NCBI GenBank assembly: GCA_038087875.1 | Contig: CM075989.1 | Coordinates: 13,084,001-13,144,000, forward strand | Direction: 5' to 3' | DNA from: Malacoraja senta | Taxonomy: Eukaryota | Length of the DNA stretch: 60,000 nucleotides | Shown here: positions 49,201 to 60,000 of the stretch, one piece after another | Layout: the number at the start of each line of letters is the position of its first letter | Numbering within the stretch: position 1 is the stretch's first letter | Translations under genes and position numbers: made by a program | The notes under the pieces: generated by a model | What the model was told of the DNA's origin: nothing | Database searches by the model: none | Seen by the model: the letters and a program-made list of their open reading frames with translations, nothing else

Positions 49201-49741
49201 GAAGGGTCTCAAACCAAAATGTAGACTGTCCATTTCTCTCCACAGACGAGGTTCGGTAGTTTGTTTTTCTTCCCATTTCCAACATCTGCAGGGTTTTGTG
49301 TCTCCCGATAAAATCGGCAGTCTGTGTACAAGACTTTCCCCTCTGATCTCCTTTACGATGATTCCTCCCTCCCTCCCACCCACCAACCATAAGCTATGCC
49401 CATCTGTCCTGGATCCTTCTGGGAATTGGGGAGCGAAAGGATCTGCACTAAAGTGTGGACTAGTACCAGGTGGTTCATTACGACCTCGCATGGACAATTA
49501 GGGATAGACAATAATTACTGCCTTCTATCTATGCTCACATCTGATGAATAGAAATGTTGATATCAGATGGAAATAAAGGTGCACAAAATGCTGGAGTAAC
49601 TCAGCAGATCAGGCAGCATCTCTAGAAAACATGCATAGTTGGCGAATCATGTCGGGACACTTCGGACCAGTATCTTTGCTCCGTCTGCATTCGGTGGCGC
49701 TTCCTCTGCCTAAAATTGAGCAACATTGAGCAAGTGTAGGT

Positions 49742-50300
49742 ACACAAAAATGCTGGAGAAACTCAGCGGGTGCAGCAGCATCTATGGAGCGAAGGAAATA
49801 GGTAACGTTTCGGGCCGAAACCCTTCTTCAGACTGATAGGGGGTGGGGAGAAGAAAGGAAAAAAGGAAAAAGGCGGAGGCGGAGCCCGAGGGCCGGGGGA
49901 GGGGAGGAGACAACCGGATGGCTGATGAAGGGGAGGGGACAGCAAGGGCTAGCAGAATTGGGAGAATTCAATGTTCAAGCCCCCAGGATGTAGACTGCCC
50001 AAGCGGAATATGAGGTGCATTTCCTCCAATTTACGGTGTTGCTCGCTGTGGCCATGGAGGAGACCCAGGACAGAGAGGTCAGATACGGAATGGGAGGGGG
50101 AGTTGAAGTGCTGAGCCACCGGGAGGTCAGGTTGGTTATTGTGGACCGACCGGAGGTGTTCGGCGAAACGATCGCCAAGCCTTCGCTTGGTCTCACCGAT
50201 GTAGATCAGCTGGCATCTAGAGCAGCGGATGCAATAGATGAGGTTGGAGGAGATGCAGGTGAACCTCTGTCGCACCTGGAACGACTGCATGGGTCCTTGA
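49742..50300 (-). mobile_element. Penelope-like element, single truncated arm (GIY-YIG plus terminus), abutting the SPPL2A promoter
   Basis: ORF 49949..50290 is the GIY-YIG domain. Flanking repeat ATTGAGCAAG(T/C)GTAGGT at 49725-49741 and 50301-50317. Confidence 0.93.
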
Positions 50301-50317
50301 ATTGAGCAAGCGTAGGT

Positions 50318-50830
50318 GGTCCTTCAGGCCGCCAGGTGGCGCTATGGTCGCATACGTCACCCTGCCCCGCTGATGCTGGACGCCAGCAACGTGATGACGC
50401 CACAACTGCTGTAAACAGGAAGCATCGCTGCTCAGGCGCCGCAATGCGCATGCGCGCGGAGACGGTGTTGGCCATGGCGACGGTTCGGGTCCGGCCGGTG
50501 GCCGCGATCTTGTTGCTGCTGCTCGGCGTGTTCCAGGTGCCCAGGGAGAGAGGCCGCTAGCGGTATCTGTGGGCTGCCTATTCGCTCTGGTCGACAGGGA
50601 GCCCGTAGGCCGTCGGTGTCCGGTCCCCACACCACCGTCCCCCCTCCCGGTTCCTCCTCCCTTCGATTCTCTCCCCCACACCCCCCCGTGTCCGGGCCGT
50701 GATAACCCCCTGGCCCCAACCGCCCTCCCCACCACCCCTGTCACTTGCATCCCCGTCTCGGGCCTCGGGCACAGGCCCGCCCGGGACCCGCAGCTTCATC
50801 GCGGGTAGCGGTCGCTTCAGGTCAGTCCCC
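50318..50830 (+). promoter_or_regulatory. SPPL2A: SPPL2A CpG-island promoter
   Basis: CpG-dense; CRE-like TACGTCAC near 50353, ETS-like CAGGAAG near 50416, NRF1 palindrome TGCGCATGCGC at 50445-50455. Confidence 0.8.
50474..50536 (+). CDS. SPPL2A: SPPL2A exon 1 (signal peptide)
   Basis: Kozak context GCCATGG; MATVRVRPVAAILLLLLGVFQ; weak donor CAG|gtgccc, in phase with exon 2. Confidence 0.8.
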
Positions 50831-53800
50831 TCGCCCTGAATGTTTCCTCCTTCTGTCCAATGCAGGCCGAGGCCCAGGAGGGCATCCTCCGCGCGTCCAG
50901 CAAAGAGACCTCTCTCAAAATCCGGGAGTACTGCATTATTTTCAACGCACAGTGGATGTCGCTACCCAGTACTCTGACCAACGCCGTGAGTAACAGACAA
51001 CTAAAGGATTGGCTGAAAAGCAAAAAGGGAAATAAAAAACCGCGCCCTGCACCTTTTCTGTACTTTTCACAACTTGCCTCTATGTTGAGACATTGGCTTC
51101 TGTCTTGTTGTTCCTTGACTCTAACCCCGAGCTAACCTAACTTAATCAGGTGACCGTCCCTTACATAAATCATAGGAACAGAATTGGGTCATTCTTAATG
51201 GTTCTTGATGTTGTCAATTGTCTTTTGGTTTAGGGATTGCATTATAGGCAGACCCTTATCAGACATTGTGTGTAGGAACTGCAGGTGCTGATTTATACCG
51301 GAGATAGACACAGAATGCTGGAGTAACTCAGGGGCCAGGCAGCATCTCTGGAGAAAAAGGATAGGTGACGTTTGGGTTTCCTCATTTTTTAAATTTCTCT
51401 CCATGCTAATTTCTGTTGCCAGTCTTGTCCAATGGGGTGAGATGATGTTAGAAAATGCTGCTGTCTCTGAAATTTCTATCTAGCTCCTAAACAGGTCTCA
51501 TCCTTGTCTGTAACTACATCTCCATCAATCATGTTCAAACTTGGGCTGATGCAGAGTTGTATGTAATGAGAAAGCAAAACAAAATATTGGCCATAAAGGG
51601 AACACATTTTAAATTGTCATTTTTTGAGCAGGGTGTTTTTTGTTTGTCATGTAAACGGGTCCTTTGGCTCAACATGTCCATACTGACCAAAATGTCCTAT
51701 TTGGCTTTGTTAGGCCCATATCCCTCTAAACCTTTCCTATGCATGTATCTATCCAAATTGCATTTAAATGTTCTTATTCTACCCGCCTCATCTACTTGGT
51801 CTGGCAGTTTGTTCCATGTACCCACTGTGTGTAAAGGATGTCTGTCCATTTCCTATTAAATCTTTTCCCTCTCACCTTAAAGCTATGCACTCTAGTTCTT
51901 GATTTCCAATTCCCATATCCTGGGTAAAAGACTCTGGGCATTCACCCTATCTATTCCCCTCACAATTTTACACATTCTGCAAGATTACATTTTTCTTTGA
52001 GCAGGTTTGTGTTGATTTGTTACAGACACTGAAGATAAGTGAAAACTTTGCTCAGTGACATGGTCTCTAATACAGGGTGCCGTGTTTGTCCTTGTATTGA
52101 AAGGCAAGCAGGGCTGGGTTGCTCACTCCAGTGTTGATGCATGCTTGATGCATTAATACAAACTGAACTACACATGTAAAGCTCTGCTCAATGCCAATCC
52201 TATAGTTTGCTTCTTGCTGCTACTACTGGCACTGTCTTCTGTGATTTTGAAGGTTCCTTCTTGGGTCTCTTTCACTATTGATGCTTCTTTATCTCTGTAG
52301 ACTAATTACCAATTACAAGACCTGACCAGCACTGAACTCTGCAATTCATCAGATGTGCCTGCTGAGGGTATAAAGGACAAGCTTGTGGTTGTGATGAGAG
52401 GGAACTGTACCTTCATTGAAAAAGCACGGGTTGCTGTGGAGAATCATGCCAAAGCTCTGTTGATTGCCTCTACAAGTCGTATAGTAAGTCGGCATTTGAA
52501 TAATTCCACATCTCTATTTTTGTTTATTCACTAAAATTGCCAGCGTGTCATAATGTGCATTTTTAGTTTATCTAAAATACTGTGGCTAAATGGTCCTGTT
52601 ATCGAACATCAATGGATATTTTCTTGATATTTAATAATAGGGACTAAAACTCCCCCCTTCCAACCCCTTCTAACCAGGTGTTAAAGAAGGAACTGCAGAT
52701 GCTGGGAAATCGAAGGTACACAAAAATGCTGGAGAAACTCAGCGGGTGCAGCAGCATCTATGGAGCGAAGGAAATAGGCAACGTTTCGGGCCGAAACCCT
52801 TCTTCAGACTGCCGGTCTGAAGAAGGGTTTCGGCCCGAAACGTTGCCTATTTCCTTCGCTCCATAGATGCTGCTGCACCCGCTGAGTTTCTTCAGCATTT
52901 TTGTGTACCTTCTAACCAGGAGTGACGTGTTGTAATTCTCCTTTTGAGAAAGCTACAAATCGGAGTAGGTGTAGGTCACAGCCTATAGAAATCTGTTACT
53001 CTGTTTTGAATGTGATGAGTGAGTCAGTCTCCACAGCCCTCCAGAGAATCACAAAGGGTCATCAGTGTGAAGAAATTTCACCTTAATTTCAGTTTTATTT
53101 GGCATATACTTCACTGGGAGACTGTCACCCTGGTTTTTGACTCCATGTCGGGGGACCGTCCTTCCTACTTTCACTGTTGAACCCCCTCAGAATTTAGCAG
53201 ATGTTAACGACTACATCCCATGGACCCCAGAGAGAAAGCCCAGCCCAGCAACATCTCCTCTCTGGCAGATGTGCCATCCCGGGGACCAGCCGGTGAAGCT
53301 TGGCTGCATCCTTCTAAAATATATCCTGTTCAGATAAGGAAAACAAAATTATTCTCAATATTCGGGTCTGGAAACATTTTGTTAGGAGGGGAAATCTACA
53401 GTGGGGATGGTTTTTATTTGCTGTTATTAAATTAACTTTGAAGAATGTCTAGTTTGTTCAAAACTTAACCGTTCCTCAAATTCATTTACTGCAAAGCACT
53501 ATGCTCATCAATGATCTTTTTTTTCAGATTCCTTCTCTGGGTAATGCATCTGAATACGAGCAGCTACAAATTCCAGTGGCCTTAATCAGCTATGCTGATG
53601 TACTGTCCATGAAAAAGGTAATTTAATTCTTGCCTTTCTGCTGCTCATTGTGCCTGGACCCCACTGTCGCCTCTTCTCTCTGCATTCTGCTGTACTGCCG
53701 CATGGCTGTTGCATGCTCCACCTGACTTTCCATGGACCTGGCAGCAAATGAGGTTCAAACTAATGTAAGCATTTATTTTGATTGATGAAAGAAACAGGCC

Positions 53801-56800
53801 CTTTGGCTCACTGAATCCATGCCAACCATCAATCACCCGTTCACACTAGTTCTATGTTATCTCACTTGTGCCTGCATCCACTCCCTACACATTAGGGTCA
53901 ATTTAGAGGCCAATTGACCTTCAACGTTGTAAGACGATAAGATATAGGAGCTGAAAGGCCTTTCGGCCCATCGAGTCTACTCCGCCATTCGATCATGGCT
54001 GATCTATTTTTCCCTCATCCCCATTCTGCCTTCTCCCAGTAACATCTGACATCCTTATTAATCAAGAATCTATTAATCTCAACTCTTAAAATACCCAATG
54101 ACTTGGCTTCCCAAGCCATCTATGGCAATGAATTCCACAGATTCACCACCCTCTGGCTAAATAAACACTTCCTCATAACCATTCTGAAGGTACATCCTTT
54201 ATCCCGAGGCTGTGCCCTCTGGTCCTGGACACCGCAAATTAGTGGAAGCATCCTTTCAATGTCAGCTGCATCAAGGTATTTCATTATCCAATAGGTTTCA
54301 ATGAGTTCCCCCTGATCCTTCTAAACCCAAATGAGTACAGGCCCAAAGCATTAAAACGCTCTTCATTTGTTAATGCAATCATCCCCGGGATCATTCTCAT
54401 AATAGTTGTAGAGCTTGGACTGACAAGCACAGGCTTTGGTTGGAAGTATTGTCGTGGATTTGTTTCCTGGTGGCTCACTTCAAAGGGACAGGTATGGCAA
54501 AAAAAGGCGGCCTGTTGTACTGTATGGGTGCAGGAGGAGATGTGTGATTCTGAAGCAGAACGTGCAAATCCTAATCGCTCCTTGTATAAATACTTTTCGT
54601 CTCTTTTCCTCTGATTCCTTTGACACTTGGTTTAAATTTGTCTGCCTCTAAACACAAGGAATTGGGCGTAGACCTCTTGGCCCCTCAAGCCTGCCCTGCC
54701 ATTCACTGTGAACGTGCCTGATCTCCCCTTGCCCTCGACTATTCTGTGCCAGTTTTGCAAAGCCCTCGACTCCCTGATTTTTCTTTCAAAAACATTACGT
54801 ACCGCCTTTTTAAATACCCCCAATGATCCAGCTTTCATAACTCGGGGACAGAGAATTGCAGAAATTCACCATATTCTGTACGATCAAATTCCTATCCTCT
54901 GTGTTAAATGCCTGCCTCCTTGTCTGAGACTCTCCCTTTACAACTCTTCTTCATCACTAAATTTACATGGTCGTGCTGTCTTAGGATCTTATGCTGCAAT
55001 AGGGTCACCTCTCATTCTTCTATTACAGATTCAATTTCTTTATCATGTGTTAGAACAAGCCCCACAGACCAGGAATTAGCCCAGTCAATCTTTTGGACCT
55101 AGCATATCTAGTCTTCAATGAGGGAGCAGAAAATGCTCAGTGCTTCATATGCCATGCCAACTCCCTGGGTATGATTATAAGAATACTTCCCTTTTTATAA
55201 ACTCCAACCTTCAAGCAACAAGGCCAACATGACATGTGCTGCCTAAACTCCTGTATCTGCCTGCTAACCTATTGTGATTCACGCACAAGACCACCTAGAT
55301 CCCTCTGTACCTATGTGTAAGATGTTGCCTTTTCATTCCTCTTACCAAGTGCATGAATTTTAAAGATAGACACAAAATGCTGGAGTGACTCAGAGGGTAA
55401 GGCAGCTTCCCTGGAGAAAATGGACAGGGGACATTTCAGGTCGGAACACCTCTTCAGTCTGAAGAATGTTTCCAACCCGAAAGGTTGCCTATCCATATTC
55501 TCCAGGGATGCTGCCTGACCTGTTGTGTTACTCCAGCATTTTGTGTCTATCTTTGGTATAAGCCAACATCAGCAGTTCCTTGTTATCAAATGAATATTAA
55601 ATGTAGTTTGCCAAGTTTGTGCCTATTCAGTCACTCGTAGCAGTGTCCAAATATCCTCCTTGCAAGATACCCACCCATCCACCTTAGTGTTTTCAGCAAA
55701 CTTTGATCCTGTGTATTCAGCCTTTTCCTTCAGGTCACTTGTATAAATCATGAATAATTTGGGTTGTCTTCAGGCTGAAGGGATTTGACTGGGGGATTAC
55801 CCCAAGATCAGTTCTTGGTCCCATTTTCCCGATATCAGTGTGATGGCCAGCCTTCGATCCGTGGTAAAGTCTTCGTCTCCCCAGTTCTGCGAACTCTCAG
55901 CTTGTGTACCAGCCCTTAATGTAGCATGTTGGCAAATGCCTTATGGCAATATGTGAAAAATATTCCAAATCACTGACAAAACAACAGCAAACCCAATTCA
56001 GATTATTCAGAAAATATTAAACAATACTGATCTAAACTAGGAGAACTCAATGCTTTTACATTTACGAATTGTGGTAATTTTTATCTTTGGATCAGTCACC
56101 TGCCTGGAGAAGGCATTGGCTGTTGGAATCGTATCCTTGATGTACCACTTATTAGGTATTATTTTGGTTGTAGGTGCTGGGGAATCAAATTTCAGCCACA
56201 CTCTACTCTCCTCCCATGCCCTCTATGGACTACAGCATCCTGATTGTCTTCTTTATTGCTGTTGGAACTGTTGCCCTTGGAAGTTACTGGAGTGGGATAG
56301 AAGAACCGGAAAGGTAAATCGGATCTGTTGAGTGGTATTGCTTTTTAAGCTTGGCACGTGTTCTTATCAAAGTTAACATAGGGCAGTAAGGTGGCGCAGC
56401 GGTAGAGTTGCTGCCTTGCAGCGTCAGAGACCCAGGTTCAATCCTGATTACAGGTGCTGCCTGTACGGAGTTTATATGTTCTCCCCGTGACCACATGGGT
56501 TTTCCCCGGGATGCTCTGGTTTCCTCCCACACTCCAAAGATGAACATGCTTGTAGGTTAATTGGCTTCAGTAAAGATTGTAAATTGTCCCTGGTGTATAG
56601 GATAGTGCTAGTTTACGGGGATCGCTGAGGACTGTCTCTACACTGTATCCCTAAACTTAGGTCAGATATTTTCTTTTCTACTGAGTGAGCTTCAGGTTAA
56701 GGAGGCTGATTTGCTTGTCATCTCTTTTGCTCTCTCTCGCTTCTAATCATAGAACAATTGACAAAATTGTATGGGGTTGCTTCTTTAGTCTTTGTGGGTT

Positions 56801-59180
56801 CTTTTCCCACAACTTGAATCTTTTATTTTAATTTAGAGGTACAGCATGGAAACATGCCCTTCAGCCCACCGAGTCCATGCTAACCATCGCTCACTCGTTC
56901 ACACTAGTTCTAGGTTATCCCGCTTTCTCATCCACTCCCTACACATTAGTGGCAATTTTGCAAAAGCCAATTAATATATAAACCCGTGTTAAAGAAGGAA
57001 CTGCAGATGCTGGAAAATCGAAGGTACACAAAAATGCTGGAGAAACTCAGCGGGTGCAGCAGCATCTATGGAGCGAAGGAAATAGGTAACGTTTCGGGCT
57101 TCATATATAAACCTGCATGTCTTTGGGACGTGGCAGGAAACCCACATGGTCACAGCTCTGGACAGACAGCATCTGTGGGCAGAATCGAACCTGGGTGCTG
57201 TGAGACAGCTGCTCTACAAGCTGCAAACAGTTGGGATATGCTGTACAACTAACTGCCAGTGGCCCAAATTCCTCGTCACCAGTTTGTTCCTGCAGTCCTA
57301 TTTCTGTATTTTAGCAGCAGTCTAATTGGTCATGTCGTTGTTCTGAGCTTAACAGCTTTACTATAAGATGATAGATTGTACTTTGAAAAATTTAACAAGT
57401 GATTGTTTTTAATCTTATTTCTTTTGGGGAAAAGTGAAAATTTATCAGCTGAATCCAGATCAAGGACCCGGAGAGGGAGTAAGAATGAGGACACGGCAAA
57501 CATCTTGACTCCAATCACCGTCCTATTTTTTGTCATCATTGTTATCGTGATGATTGTACTGTTGTACTTCTTCTACAAGTGGTTAGGTGAGAATGTTGTG
57601 CATTCAGACATTTCCGTTTATATAATAAATCCCAGAGTAAGGAAGGTATAGTACTTGCACTAGAGCCAAGAAATCAACTTGGAGCATGGTATAAAAGTGC
57701 TATTGCTTAACCGACTGTTAGAAAAGTAGTAAAGAATTGATGAACAGTGAAGTATCATTTACTTTGGGAAGGTCACTCTCTGCAAGTTAATGCAATCCCA
57801 GTGTAATATGCAAGTTGCACTAAGTTTGTTAAATGTTGTGTTTAGCTTTTATCAGTGTGGGCTCTTATTCACAAGGATAGTTGTAAATTGGGAAAAGTTC
57901 AAAGTTAGTACTGCAGACTAAACAACAGATGTTTAGTTACCCCAAAGAGATTATTCGTTTTACGTTTTACTCGAGGTTGGAAGTCTTTTCAAACAAATAT
58001 GTGGAAATGGTCTTAAGCACAGAACTCTGAGCAGCTTAAAAATGCAGCAGTACATAGAATGGATGTGTGGAAAACTTACCTCTGCTTGTTTCCCTTAGTG
58101 TACGTGGTCATTGCCATCTTCAGCGTAGCTTCAACAATCAGTCTCTACAATTGTTTGTCGGCGCTAGTGAGGAGAATCCCATATTGCAAATGCAGGTAAG
58201 CTGCCTTTAAACCTTTCATAGTAGTTGAACATTCTCTTTCAGAAGCAGAAGGACATTGAAGTATCATTTACATCAGTTACAAATGTGCTTGAGTACAGCT
58301 TTCAGTCGCTGCACTATAGTACGTTAGTGCTTGTCTGCGAGCCGTTGTACACAACAGAGTATCGCGTGGTTGTGGCCTACAGATATGCTTTCCGTAACTT
58401 GTCTGTGCCCAGAGTTCAGAGAGCAGCATCTTGCTGCGATTCACCAACATTCACTTGGATCCTATGCCGCCTTGGACCTGACACAGCATTGTCGATGCAT
58501 GGTTTTTGATAGGATTAAAGTGGACGATGGTTAAAAATAAGATGCATTCCTTTGCAACTGCAGTTTGTACAGTGTTTTTTTGTAGATTAGTAAAATTCGA
58601 AACAAATTTAAATAATTGAGACACAGTGGCACAGCTGCTGCCTCTCAGCGACAGAGACCTGGGTTTGATCATGACCATGGCTGCTGTCTAAGTGAAGTTT
58701 GCACATTCTCCCTGTGTGCATGGATAACACCAGGTGCTCCGGTTTCCTCCCATATCCCAAAGATGTGTGAATTTGTAATCCTTTGTAAATTGAACCTAGT
58801 TTGTACGGAGTGGATGCGAAAGTGGAATAATGTAGAACTAGCATGAATAGGTGATAGCATGATGGTTGGCATGGAGATAGATGGCAGGCCAAATGCCCTG
58901 TTTCCAGGTTGTATCTCTAAACTAAGCTGAAATTGTTAAATCTTTCTGTGTCAGCTGACAATCTGGGAGTGGGCTTCTATTCTCAGGCTTGGGAATGTGT
59001 TTCCCAGGCAAAGTCCACCCCCAACACACACCACCTTCAGCCTCCATGGACATGATGGCCTTTACCTTTTTGTTTCAGCTTCATGTGCAGTAGCAGAAGG
59101 ATTGAAGTTCGTTTGGTGATGCTCGCATTGTTCTGTATGTCATTGGCTGCAGTGTGGGTTGTGTTTCGAAATAATGACAG
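50474..59180 (+). CDS. SPPL2A: Signal peptide peptidase-like 2A, exons 1-8, 3'-partial: join(50474..50536,50866..50985,52301..52483,53528..53617,56174..56313,57435..57586,58099..58195,59079..59180)
   Basis: Signal peptide, QEGILRAS...YCIIFN, PA domain (VVVMRGNCTFIEKA), and TM segments IAVGTVALGSYWSG, LLYFFYKWLVYVVIAIF and VWVVFRNND. All junctions are GT-AG and in phase. QEGIL and YKWL favour 2A over 2B. Confidence 0.93.
50866..50985 (+). CDS. SPPL2A: SPPL2A exon 2
   Basis: tgcag|GCC; AEAQEGILRAS...LPSTLTNA; donor gtgagt. Confidence 0.93.
52301..52483 (+). CDS. SPPL2A: SPPL2A exon 3 (PA domain)
   Basis: ctgtag|ACT; TNYQLQDLTSTELCNSSDVP...RGNCTFIEKARVA...ALLIASTSRI; donor gtaagt. Confidence 0.94.
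52679..52910. mobile_element. Palindromic mini Penelope insertion (termini only)
   Basis: Two inverted terminal segments meeting near 52812. TSD CCTTCTAACCAGG at 52666-52678 and 52908-52920. Confidence 0.92.
53528..53617 (+). CDS. SPPL2A: SPPL2A exon 4
   Basis: tttcag|ATT; IPSLGNASEYEQLQIPVALISYADVLSMKK; donor gtaatt. Confidence 0.92.
53935..54400 (-). mobile_element. CR1 3' fragment
   Basis: Reverse complement of the CR1 RT C-terminus and 3' UTR. Similar fragments lie at about 4810-4968, 10475-10632, 29905-30230, 30840-31160 and 51650-51970. Confidence 0.8.
55362..55585. mobile_element. Older Penelope-derived palindromic element
   Basis: Inverted arms with a tail on the right; degenerate TSD ATGAA(T/A)TTAAA-like on both sides. 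Confidence 0.75.
56174..56313 (+). CDS. SPPL2A: SPPL2A exon 5
   Basis: ttgtag|GTG; VLGNQISATLYSPP...IAVGTVALGSYWSG; donor gtaaat. Confidence 0.93.
56987..57102 (-). mobile_element. Penelope terminal fragment (long end) inserted into a V-SINE
   Basis: TGTTAAAGAAGGAACTGCAG... terminus. TSD ATATATAAACC(C/T)G at 56974-56986 and 57103-57115. Confidence 0.85.
57435..57586 (+). CDS. SPPL2A: SPPL2A exon 6
   Basis: aaag|T, the acceptor that keeps the frame; ENLSAES...LTPITVLFFV...LLYFFYKWL; donor gtgaga. Confidence 0.9.
58099..58195 (+). CDS. SPPL2A: SPPL2A exon 7
   Basis: ccttag|TG; VYVVIAIFSVASTISLYNCLSALVRRIPYCKC; donor gtaagc. Confidence 0.94.
59079..59180 (+). CDS. SPPL2A: SPPL2A exon 8
   Basis: tttcag|C; FMCSSRRIEVRLVMLALFCMSLAAVWVVFRNND; donor gtgagt. 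Confidence 0.93.
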
Positions 59181-60000
59181 GTGAGTGTCCAGACAGCAAG
59201 CTGCCATCAACTGGTGTGTGCTAGTGCTGACCACAATGAATGGACCAGCATGCTGTGTGGGATGTTGAGTGTTTGCCTAGAGGAAGAATTGCTAAAAGCA
59301 GTGGTATAATAGTTTGAAAATTAGGTCGAGTGCCAAATTGTTGGAATCGATCACTTTTTCACAAAACAATTAGTCTGCATATGTCTTGGCTATTCAAGTG
59401 CCTGACTAAATATTTCCCAAATTTAGGGATTGCATCCGATTCCACCACCTGTTCCAGCACCATGTTCTGCATTAATTAGTTTATGCATTAATTTTTTTTA
59501 CATCCCTTCCTGTGCCCTTTAGTTTTTGGTACCATGGGAAAAGATGCTTTCTCCTGAGTAGTTCTTTGATCAGATAAGATCGGCATTAAAATGCCATACT
59601 TGCTTATGGACATCTGGTTTGTGTATGGGGGGGGTGGCACTCAGATCCTCACACCTGCCTCTGTGTACAGTAAGCTCCCGACTGATCTGATTGTACTCGC
59701 ATGCCTTTATTCTCTTCACAAATCCATTAAACCACCTGATCTGTCTACCATTAATAATCAAAGGAAAGACACTTAGTGCTGGAGTAACTCAGCGGGACAG
59801 GCTGCATCCCTGGAGAACATAAATAGGTGACGCCTCGGGTCGGAAACCTTATTCAGACTTTTGAAAACATCCTAAAAGGCCATTGAAAGTAGAGCTGCAA
59901 AAACCCATGCTTCTGGCAATAGATATTGTCTTCTCTGTCTCAAATGGGAATTCCTTACTTTTAAATAGTTTTTCTTAGTTCTAGATTCTCCCAAAGATTA

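Noticed and set aside
50336..50473. In-frame upstream extension and ATGs of SPPL2A
   Set aside because: The upstream ATGs overlap the NRF1 palindrome. The ATG at 50474 has a strong Kozak context and directly precedes the signal peptide.

Overview
Repeat-rich vertebrate genomic DNA, most likely from a cartilaginous fish (skate or ray; inferred from HE1-type V-SINEs and shark-type CR1 LINEs). There are two spliced genes, both on the + strand. SQOR (mitochondrial sulfide:quinone oxidoreductase) is complete: 9 coding exons at 23551-46654, 443 aa, with a probable non-coding first exon ending at 9827. The first 8 exons of SPPL2A lie at 50474-59180 and the gene continues past the window. The rest is nested transposons: a young Neptune-like Penelope family, a near-full CR1, fragments of Tx1, RTE and Rex1, V-SINEs, hAT and Harbinger MITEs, and LTR relics. 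Three observations stand out. (1) A 138-bp TSD-flanked mini-retroelement at 44897-45034 (-) begins exactly with a 54-nt minimal HDV/CPEB3-like ribozyme fold. (2) The Penelope insertions repeat one architecture: inverted arms, two fixed termini about 35 nt apart, and 13-17-bp target duplications. (3) Minimal dimer-type hammerhead motifs occur in the Penelope termini. All coordinates and alignments were done by eye; no database searches were run.
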